A stretch of 60,257 bases of DNA, taken from contig JAGOTR010000002.1 in NCBI GenBank assembly GCA_018061685.1, positions 1 through 60,257 on the forward strand, in the 5' to 3' direction. Numbering within the stretch: position 1 is the stretch's first letter; every line of letters begins with the position of its first letter. The stretch is from Candidatus Magasanikiibacteriota bacterium. GTDB lineage: Bacteria; Patescibacteriota; Patescibacteriia; Magasanikbacterales; UBA922. Shown one piece after another: positions 1 to 7,442 of the stretch. The notes under the pieces are model-generated. The model made no database searches and had not been told where the DNA came from. It saw nothing but the letters and a program-made list of their open reading frames with translations. Made by a program: the position numbers and the translations under genes.

Positions 1-17
1 CGTATACTCATTCCTAT

Positions 18-91
18 GTCAGGGTAGCTCAGTTGGTAAGAGCGGAGGATTCATAACCCTCAGGTCGGGAGTTCGATTCTCCCCCTTGACA
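18..91 (+). tRNA. tRNA with CAT anticodon (elongator Met or lysidine-type Ile2)
   Basis: Hand-folded cloverleaf: acceptor GTCAGGG/CCTTGAC, D stem GCTC/GAGC, anticodon loop TTCATAA, T arm GGGAG-TTCGATT-CTCCC, discriminator A. Position 1-72 is a G-C pair, so it is not initiator-like. Confidence 0.85.
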
Positions 92-127
92 CGCGAAAAA
101 TGGCGCTAGCCATTTAGAGCGTCACGT

Positions 128-150
128 GCCCCGACCGCAGTCGGGGTTTA
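128..150 (+). terminator. Hairpin plus short T-run downstream of the tRNA
   Basis: Stem CCCCGAC (129-135) / GTCGGGG (140-146), loop CGCA, followed by TTTA. Confidence 0.45.
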
Positions 151-291
151 CGGGACAGAATGAGGGTAATTAAACGAAAGGCGCCATCTCGCGGCACAGC
201 ACCAATAAAAATAGAACCATTCGCGTAAAACGGCACATACGCCAACTCCATCAGGACTTTTACAAGTTCGTTGCACAGCATATATTTTCAT

Positions 292-325
292 AAAAAATCT
301 CTTCACCCAAATAGAGATTTTTTTT
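292..325. terminator. A-run/T-run flanked hairpin (bidirectional terminator-like) upstream of the Clp-like gene
   Basis: AAAAAATCTCT (292-302) pairs with AGAGATTTTTT (313-323), 10-nt loop. A TTTACA-N16-TATATT promoter-like site lies at 259-286, just before it. Confidence 0.4.
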
Positions 326-390
326 ATACGAAAAAAAACATATCCACACAAAAAATCGTAATAAACATGATTCAATGCTATACTTTTCTC

Positions 391-1506
391 ATGTTTGAAA
401 ATTTTTCTCAACTTGAAATTTTTTTTGCGATGATTGCCTTGCTCGTTATTGGTTTTTTGGTATCTTCGCATACAACCGTTGGAAAAATAAAACAGATATT
501 AGGATCATTTAAATTAGGAAATACGAACGGAACACCAACACTGAACACCTATACCGTTGACTTTACCCTGCTTGCCACGGCACACAAAATTGATCCGGTA
601 GTTGGGCGCGATAAAGAAATTATTCGCCTAGCACAAATTCTTTCTCGAAAAGGAAAAAACAATGCCATGCTTATTGGTGCGCCAGGGGTAGGAAAAACAG
701 CGATTGTCGAAGGGTTGGCAGCACGTATTATTTCAAAAGAAGTACCTGAAACACTCCAAGGGAAACGACTGCTTTCATTAAATGTTGCATCTCTTTTGTC
801 TGGTACAAAATATCGTGGTGAATTTGAAGAACGTGCCAAACGATTGGTAGAAGAAATTGCACGGTCAGAGCGATCGATTATTTTGTTTATTGATGAAGTC
901 CATTCTATTATTCAATCACAAGGAACCGAAGGGTCGGTAAATTTGTCTGACATGTTAAAACCCGCCCTTGCCCGCGGTGATTTGCAAATGATTGGAGCAA
1001 CGACGATTGATGAATACAAAAAATACATTCAATCCGAACCGAGTTTAGAACGTCGTTTTCAACCCATTATGGTTGAGCAGCCAAATGTGAAAGAAACACT
1101 GGCTATTTTGCAGGGCGTTAAAGATGTATATGAAAAACACCACATGGTAACCTTTACCGATGCAGCACTTGAAACAGCCGCAAAAAAAACCAATAAACTT
1201 ACCCTCCGTAGCCTTCCAGATAAAGCAATTGATGCGTTAGACGAAGCAGGGTCACTCGTTCGCGTATCGCATGTACACGAGACAATTCCTTTGGTATTAT
1301 ATGCGGCAGCAAAATTAAAACGCCCAGATATTGAAGCAACGTGGCAGAGCATTCAAACGTTAGATGCCATGCAAGCAAAAAAACGCTCAGCCACCACACA
1401 AACAAAACGAGAAGCATTAGAAAAAAAATTAGAAGAAACCGGTATGCTCATTGTGGACGCGGATGATGTGCAAACCGTGATTGATACATGGATTCAAGAC
1501 ATGTAA
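391..1506 (+). CDS. Clp/Hsp100-family AAA+ ATPase, D1 module only, with N-terminal membrane helix
   Basis: ORF 271..1506. Motifs seen: VGRDKEI, Walker A GAPGVGKT, Walker B ILFIDEVH, GATTxDEY, LERRFQP. N-terminus is one hydrophobic helix (FFAMIALLVIGFLVSS). No Clp N-domain and no second AAA module. Start is uncertain (ATG 367 or 391; TTG 271 lies in AT-rich promoter-like DNA). Confidence 0.8.
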   Translation: MFENFSQLEIFFAMIALLVIGFLVSSHTTVGKIKQILGSFKLGNTNGTPTLNTYTVDFTLLATAHKIDPVVGRDKEIIRLAQILSRKGKNNAMLIGAPGVGKTAIVEGLAARIISKEVPETLQGKRLLSLNVASLLSGTKYRGEFEERAKRLVEEIARSERSIILFIDEVHSIIQSQGTEGSVNLSDMLKPALARGDLQMIGATTIDEYKKYIQSEPSLERRFQPIMVEQPNVKETLAILQGVKDVYEKHHMVTFTDAALETAAKKTNKLTLRSLPDKAIDALDEAGSLVRVSHVHETIPLVLYAAAKLKRPDIEATWQSIQTLDAMQAKKRSATTQTKREALEKKLEETGMLIVDADDVQTVIDTWIQDM

Positions 1507-1544
1507 TTTACAATTGATACATTTTATTATTTATTTTGAGAGGT

Positions 1545-2024
1545 ATGCAGACTATGACAAAAACAACCAGTAAAACAAAAATAGCCGTGACCGTGGGAGT
1601 TTTATTAGCTGGAGGAGCAGCAGCGTTTGCCATGTTGAATGCGAATGTGGGATCTGGGTATAAAAATTTTTATGTACTCTGTCATGATGGATCTTGGATG
1701 GTAGACAATGAAATAGACGGAAACCAAGCAGCGTTCCGTGGAGGTACTGATCCAGGTTGGGGTGGTACAACCAATGGTTGTCAACCAAAATCATTTTGGG
1801 AAGAAAGTGCACAAAGCTTTTGTCAAAATAAAAGAAACCCCGAAACAGGAAAAGTTGGTATCAATACCTATAAATTAACCGAACGATGTCAACTTCCTGC
1901 AGAAAGATATGGTTACGGGTATGGGTATAGACCAGCTCCAACACCACCACCAAGTTATGGATATAACAATGCTATCAATAAATTGAAACAAGCAGTCCCT
2001 TCTTCTGCATCACAAAGAAATTAA
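1545..2024 (+). CDS. Small exported/membrane-anchored hypothetical protein (4 Cys, YGYGY tract)
   Basis: ORF 1536..2024. GAGAGG SD-like site at 1537-1542. ATG at 1545 and 1554. N-terminal hydrophobic segment IAVTVGVLLAGGAAAFAML. Confidence 0.6.
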   Translation: MQTMTKTTSKTKIAVTVGVLLAGGAAAFAMLNANVGSGYKNFYVLCHDGSWMVDNEIDGNQAAFRGGTDPGWGGTTNGCQPKSFWEESAQSFCQNKRNPETGKVGINTYKLTERCQLPAERYGYGYGYRPAPTPPPSYGYNNAINKLKQAVPSSASQRN

Positions 2025-2029
2025 TTTGC

Positions 2030-3433
2030 ATGACCGAAGATTTTGTACCGCAACAACAAAATACGAATCAAAAAAGATCCTCATGGATCTTTTTTGTGCT
2101 TCTTGTGTTGTATGGAGCACTGATTATTTCACTTCTTTATTTTTACGGCGACGCAGCATTTGGGTATGACACCGGCATTTATAGACGTATTGTGAGTGAC
2201 TATAGCACTGCCACAGATATTTCTCCCGTTCCCCCATTTGCATTTGGCTATATAGCAAATTTTTTTTCTTCACTCGGTTTTTCACTTGATGCAATTCTCT
2301 CTGGTGGATATGTAGCGATAGCACTCGCAACATTCACACTTTTGTATAGAGTCACAGAAATATATACGAGCCGACGTGTGGCACTCATAGTCAGTATATT
2401 ATTTCTGACCAGCATTGTTCAATTTGATTTTATTACGTGGTATTACTATAGAAATGTAATTGCCATGTGTTGTTTATTAGCGGCCGTGGTGTTACTTCAC
2501 AAAAAATCACATGCGCTTTCCATTCCGCTTATTCTTCTTACCTCGATTCACCCATTTACTGCCATGTTTGTGTATGTGACGTTTGGTATATATGGGGTGG
2601 TTACGAAAGAACATCGTGCGTATCTGTTTGGACATTTATTTTTAAGTGGAAGTATTGCGTGTGTACTAAATAGAGCAGAATTTGCACGCTACATAAGTAT
2701 TTTTATAGAGTATGCTGGTATAGTACGCAATGCGTCTTCTACCGTGGGGGCGGAATTGGACGGACAATTTATTACCACCAAACAATACATTATTCAAAAC
2801 ATCATGATTCTTCCCTTCGCTTTTTATGGAGTATGGAAATATGCAAAAAAATATCTCCTGTGGAGCGTACTTATTCTGATTTGCCTCTTAGGAATTGCCG
2901 CAGAATTACTGTTATATAAACGATTATTTATTCTTTTACATATCCCCGTGTTATTTTTTGCAGCCCTAGGGCTCAATGTGCTGTATGAAAAAATACAATA
3001 CGAAACATGGCGATATATTCCTGTTATATTCATGATAGGCTACTTTACATTTCCGATTATTTCACATAGCAAGTCTTTTGTGCCACGTATACATCAACAA
3101 ATGATTATAGAAATAGAACAATTTGGCGCAGCAATCCCTTCACAAAGTACTATTCTTTCTATGTCGTCCGAAGAAGCCCCATGGCTGTTGGGTTTTGCTG
3201 GCCCCCACACCATTATTGCTCCCGGTGTTTTTGATGCAAACAGGTGGAGTGAAGAAGAATGGTATACATTTTGGACAACAAAGGACCTCAATATACGACA
3301 CACGTTATTTGACCGATACGAAAAAAATAGTATCTATATTTTTTCTCCAAATACAAACAAAACACATGCATTATTTGTGAATGATCCGTCTATAACCCAA
3401 CTATCCCCTTTTGTGTGGGTATACCAAAAATAA
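2030..3433 (+). CDS. Polytopic integral membrane protein, possibly a GT-C-type glycosyltransferase
   Basis: 467-aa ORF with more than 10 hydrophobic segments and a soluble C-terminal region. No diagnostic motif recognised. Confidence 0.6.
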   Translation: MTEDFVPQQQNTNQKRSSWIFFVLLVLYGALIISLLYFYGDAAFGYDTGIYRRIVSDYSTATDISPVPPFAFGYIANFFSSLGFSLDAILSGGYVAIALATFTLLYRVTEIYTSRRVALIVSILFLTSIVQFDFITWYYYRNVIAMCCLLAAVVLLHKKSHALSIPLILLTSIHPFTAMFVYVTFGIYGVVTKEHRAYLFGHLFLSGSIACVLNRAEFARYISIFIEYAGIVRNASSTVGAELDGQFITTKQYIIQNIMILPFAFYGVWKYAKKYLLWSVLILICLLGIAAELLLYKRLFILLHIPVLFFAALGLNVLYEKIQYETWRYIPVIFMIGYFTFPIISHSKSFVPRIHQQMIIEIEQFGAAIPSQSTILSMSSEEAPWLLGFAGPHTIIAPGVFDANRWSEEEWYTFWTTKDLNIRHTLFDRYEKNSIYIFSPNTNKTHALFVNDPSITQLSPFVWVYQK

Positions 3434-3440
3434 ATTGGCA

Positions 3441-5228
3441 TTAACGTGAGGGAGGCACCCCATAATACTGCAAAGCAAAATTGGCAATATCTTTAAATAC
3501 GGGTGCTGCCGTACTATCGGCAAAGGCACGAGCAGGTTTTTCAAATTTCACAATCATAGCAAATTTTGGATTATCCATAGGGGCAAATCCAACAAACGAA
3601 TGGTTGGTATCGTCACTATATCCACCTCTTCCGGCAATTTGACCAGTTCCTGTTTTGCCAGCAACATAATACCCGTGTACCGCGGCATTTTTTGATTGTC
3701 CCTCATCAATAACACTCACGAGCATGCCACCCATAAGCGCGGCAATGCGTGGTTCCATGACCCGACGGATTTCTTTGGGCTGTGTTTTTTCTCTTCGACC
3801 ATCGGCAAATCGTATTTCTTCTATAATATACGGCTGCATAAGTACCCCTCCATTAGCAATACTTGCAAAGGCACTTATCATTTGAAGCGGCGTTACCGTA
3901 ATTCCTTGCCCAAATGATGCTGTAGCGCTATAACAATCAAACGTATTTTTTTTATTGATCGATAAGGTATCAATTGTTCCGGTAATTTCTGTATCAAGAG
4001 TGACACCTAATTTTGTACCAAACCCAAACTGTTCTATATACGAACGAACACGTTCTTTGCCTAACTGCTCTGCCACATACACCATACCCGTATTAATAGA
4101 ATTTTCCAAAATACCCGTCATGCTTTGATCCCCATACGATTTATCATTTGCATTTCGAATAGGTGTTTGGCAAACCCCTTCTTTCATACCACTATCAAAA
4201 AATACACTATTTGGCGTTACGACCCCTTCGTTTAAGGCCGCCGCCATAATAAGTGGTTTAAATACAGAGCCCGGTTCGTAGGGAGTAAAAATACTGGTGT
4301 TGTTATACACATCGGCACTTTCAACCGTGCCATACATATTGGGGTCAAAATCAGGCAAACTACACATAGCACGAATGGCACCTGTTTTGGGGTCTAAAAT
4401 AATGAGTGAGGCACTCGTTGCACCATACTCTATAAGCCCCTTTCGAAGACGTTCACAAGCGGTATACTGCAAAGTTCTATCTAATGTTGTCAAAAGATCA
4501 GCTCCGTCTTCAGCTTTATCAAATATTTTTCCAGCAAGTGGAATGGAATAGCCTTTGGCACTTCTGATACCTTCAAAAAAACCTGTTTTCCCTGCCAAGG
4601 TTTCTTGCCAATATCCTTCTATGCCATAGCGACCAATATCAACACCTTCGGCATCTTTCCCCACAAATCCAATGACTGGTGCAGCGACTGTTTTTTCTGG
4701 ATAAAATCGTTCTTGTGTGCGAACAAAGTGAATCCCTGGGAGTTTCAACGCGTCTATTTCGTCTTTTCGTGATTCATCTACTTTTTTTTCAATCGGTTCG
4801 TAGGGGTCTGTTCGTTTATTGAGCGCTACTGCCAATGCCACTTTTTTTTCATCATCATACCCAAATAATGGAGCGAGCTTCGCAGCAATATCGGCGGCAG
4901 TCGTATCACTATCTATTTCACGCGTATCGGCGTATAACAAAAAAACGTCTCTATTAATTGCAAGAGGAAATTCTTCTTTTGTGCGAGTATCTTGTATATA
5001 AATGCTCCCTCGACGAGGAAACAATTCGGCAAATAATTCATGTGACCCTTGCGCCAGAGTTTTATACGTATCGTGTTGTACAATCATTAACATGACTAAT
5101 CGGCCAGTAATAATACAGCCAACAGCAACAAAAAAAAGAGACACAATACGAAGACGTGGCGTACCAGTCCCCGATTGTTCTTTATGAAAAGTGTGTTTTT
5201 TTTTGGACCACACACGGGTTGGCGACAT
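3441..5228 (-). CDS. Class B penicillin-binding protein (PBP2/FtsI-type transpeptidase)
   Basis: N-terminal membrane anchor. Transpeptidase motifs SVFK (SxxK), SIN (SxN) and KTGT in the canonical order. Confidence 0.9.
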   Translation of the reverse strand: MSPTRVWSKKKHTFHKEQSGTGTPRLRIVSLFFVAVGCIITGRLVMLMIVQHDTYKTLAQGSHELFAELFPRRGSIYIQDTRTKEEFPLAINRDVFLLYADTREIDSDTTAADIAAKLAPLFGYDDEKKVALAVALNKRTDPYEPIEKKVDESRKDEIDALKLPGIHFVRTQERFYPEKTVAAPVIGFVGKDAEGVDIGRYGIEGYWQETLAGKTGFFEGIRSAKGYSIPLAGKIFDKAEDGADLLTTLDRTLQYTACERLRKGLIEYGATSASLIILDPKTGAIRAMCSLPDFDPNMYGTVESADVYNNTSIFTPYEPGSVFKPLIMAAALNEGVVTPNSVFFDSGMKEGVCQTPIRNANDKSYGDQSMTGILENSINTGMVYVAEQLGKERVRSYIEQFGFGTKLGVTLDTEITGTIDTLSINKKNTFDCYSATASFGQGITVTPLQMISAFASIANGGVLMQPYIIEEIRFADGRREKTQPKEIRRVMEPRIAALMGGMLVSVIDEGQSKNAAVHGYYVAGKTGTGQIAGRGGYSDDTNHSFVGFAPMDNPKFAMIVKFEKPARAFADSTAAPVFKDIANFALQYYGVPPSR

Positions 5229-5265
5229 AACAATTAACTTTTAACTATTAACAATTAACTTAGTA

Positions 5266-5372
5266 TGTCATTGCGAGGAGTCCCTCAGGACGACGAAGCA
5301 ATCTCTCATAGAGCGTATTATTTCAAAACCCTCTATGAGAGATTGCTTCGCCCTATCGGGCTCGCAATGACA
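5266..5372. repeat. Family A palindromic element (TGTCATTGCGAGG ... CTCGCAATGACA), copy 1
   Basis: 107-nt near-perfect hairpin. Outer arms and the CGACGAAGCAATCT / AGATTGCTTCG arms are shared with the copy at 52390..52505. Confidence 0.85.
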
Positions 5373-5384
5373 CACCGAGGCTAC

Positions 5385-6419
5385 TTAAATCACGCGCTGT
5401 CTCCCTGATCGGTGTTCAAATGTTTCTTTATCAATCAGATCTTCTTTATATAATTTTTCCATTGCTTTATTCATAGAAATCATGCCATATTTTGCATTAG
5501 TTTCTATCACATTTTGAAGCTGGGCAATGGTGTTTTCGCGAACTAAATTGGAAACTGCTGGTGTATTGATTAAAATTTCTCGTGCAGCAACGCGAGTCCC
5601 ATTTTTGCTTGGAATTAATTGTTGCGCAACCACGCCCCGAAGCACGGCAGCAAGCTGAATAAGAATTTGTTTTTGCTTTGGCCCATCAAACACATCGACA
5701 ATACGCTCAATGGCTTCGGCAGCACTGGAGGTATGCAGCGTAGAAAATACCAAATGCCCTGTTTCTGCAGCGGTGAGTACGGTCGCAATGGTTTCAGGGT
5801 CACGCATTTCTCCCACAAAAATAATATTTGGGTCTTGGCGAAGTACGTGTTTCAAGGCATCGGCAAATGAGTGGGTATCACTTCCCACTTCTCGCTGTGC
5901 AATCAAACTTTCTTTATCTTCAAATAAAAATTCTATCGGATCTTCAATCGTCACAATATGTGATTTTCTTGTTTTATTTATTTCTTCAATTAAACTCGCA
6001 ATGGTAGTTGATTTTCCACTCCCTGTGGGGCCAACAATTAATACTAACCCGTCGAGTAATTGAGTAAACTGTCGAATAGGTTCTTCGAGTGCAATATCGT
6101 CTAGGCTTGGAATTTCTTTTGGAATCACACGTGCAGCCAATGCCATCATTCCTTCTTGTAGGTATATGTTGATACGAAACCGATGATCATCTTGTTCATA
6201 GCTTATATCAAGTTCTAATGCTTCGGTAAATTGTTTTTTTTGTGCGGGAGAAAGTAATCCAAGTATTTGTGTTTCACATTCTTTTGACGCAAGCACGGTA
6301 TCACTCATATCTTGTAATGCCCCCGATACCCGCATCATAGGTTTTTCTCCTCCCACAATATGCACATCCGAAGCACCGGCTTCTACCGCTTCTTTCAAAT
6401 AGGCTTTGATACTTTTCAT
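5385..6419 (-). CDS. pilT: Type IV pilus retraction ATPase PilT
   Basis: 344 aa. Walker A GPTGSGKST. PilT-like N-terminus (GASDVHI...). Conserved secretion-ATPase boxes. GAGGA SD 6 nt before the ATG. Confidence 0.85.
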   Translation of the reverse strand: MKSIKAYLKEAVEAGASDVHIVGGEKPMMRVSGALQDMSDTVLASKECETQILGLLSPAQKKQFTEALELDISYEQDDHRFRINIYLQEGMMALAARVIPKEIPSLDDIALEEPIRQFTQLLDGLVLIVGPTGSGKSTTIASLIEEINKTRKSHIVTIEDPIEFLFEDKESLIAQREVGSDTHSFADALKHVLRQDPNIIFVGEMRDPETIATVLTAAETGHLVFSTLHTSSAAEAIERIVDVFDGPKQKQILIQLAAVLRGVVAQQLIPSKNGTRVAAREILINTPAVSNLVRENTIAQLQNVIETNAKYGMISMNKAMEKLYKEDLIDKETFEHRSGRQRVI

Positions 6420-6478
6420 ATATCCTCAATAGTTAGCAAATGAATACGGGTATTTTACCATAGATATGGCTTTTTGGC

Positions 6479-6506
6479 TTGATTTTTGTGTATATCATGC
6501 TATACT
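6479..6506 (+). promoter_or_regulatory. Sigma70-type promoter for folD (TTGATT-N16-TGcTATACT)
   Basis: -35 at 6479-6484, extended -10 TGC TATACT at 6498-6506. Lies inside the ORF-track N-terminal extension, which argues for the ATG at 6533. Confidence 0.55.
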
Positions 6507-6532
6507 CCGTGCATTATGGCTTTTTTGTATAT

Positions 6533-7369
6533 ATGATTCTTTCTGGAACAGCTTTGGCAAAGACAATGAATGAAACCACTTCCAAAAAGGTAGATACCTT
6601 AAAAAACAATGGTATACTTCCCAAATTGGCTGTTATTTTGGTTGGCAACGATAGTGCCAGTCGATTATACATACAAAAAAAGCAAGAAGCCGCAGAAAAA
6701 ATTGGCATTGATTTTGCTCTCTACGAATTTCCAGATACTATTTCTCAAGAAAGTTTAGAAAAAGAAATACAACATATACAAAAAACAGACAACATTTCTG
6801 GCCTTATTATTCAGCTGCCCGTACCAGAAAATTTTTACCCCACGGTGTTGAATGCTGTTGACCCTGCGTTTGATGTGGATTGTTTAACGCATACCAATTT
6901 AGGGAAATTAGTCATGAAAACCCATACCATGATGCCCCCAACTCCGGGTGCCGTTATGATACTCCTCAAAGAAACAAACATACCACTTCGTGGAAAAACC
7001 GTGGTGATTGTTGGCATGGGTATTTTGGTTGGCAAACCATTATCCATTATTCTTATGAACGAAGGCGCGACCGTGATTGTATGTAACAGTGCCACGAAAA
7101 ATTTAGCACAGTATACCAAACATGCCGATATTATTATTACCGGTGTTGGAAAAAAACATATTATTACCAAGGACATGGTAGGAACAAACCAAATTATTAT
7201 TGATGCCGGAGTGGACTTTGTGAATAATCAGATGTTTGGTGATGTTGATTTTGAAGCAATAGCCCCCGATGCGGCGTATATTACTCCAACGCCCGGTGGT
7301 GTCGGGCCACTTACGGTGGCACAACTCCTCCTCAACACAGTGATTGCGGCAGAAGAACTGAAAAAATAA
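6533..7369 (+). CDS. folD: Bifunctional methylenetetrahydrofolate dehydrogenase/cyclohydrolase FolD
   Basis: ILSGTALAK start region, KLAVILVG, IQLPVP, PGGVGPLTVA motifs. Start trimmed from 6479 to the ATG at 6533. Confidence 0.9.
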   Translation: MILSGTALAKTMNETTSKKVDTLKNNGILPKLAVILVGNDSASRLYIQKKQEAAEKIGIDFALYEFPDTISQESLEKEIQHIQKTDNISGLIIQLPVPENFYPTVLNAVDPAFDVDCLTHTNLGKLVMKTHTMMPPTPGAVMILLKETNIPLRGKTVVIVGMGILVGKPLSIILMNEGATVIVCNSATKNLAQYTKHADIIITGVGKKHIITKDMVGTNQIIIDAGVDFVNNQMFGDVDFEAIAPDAAYITPTPGGVGPLTVAQLLLNTVIAAEELKK

Positions 7370-7387
7370 AAAAATCCTCACTTCGAC

Positions 7388-7412
7388 AAGCCTGCCTGTG
7401 GGCAGGCTTTTT
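7388..7412. terminator. Convergent-gene terminator hairpin (family D, GCCTGCC...GGCAGGC)
   Basis: AAGCCTGCC-TGTG-GGCAGGCTT followed by TTT. Sits between the folD stop (7369) and the stop of the minus-strand 1016-aa CDS (7443). Confidence 0.7.
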
Positions 7413-7442
7413 CAGTGTAAACTCGGATTTTTTTCATTATGA

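Noticed and set aside
148-471. 107-aa minus-strand ORF overlapping the tRNA-proximal spacer and the Clp-like gene start
   Set aside because: It runs antisense through hairpins, a promoter-like site and the start of a well-supported CDS. No SD, and an odd Lys/Arg/Phe-rich composition.
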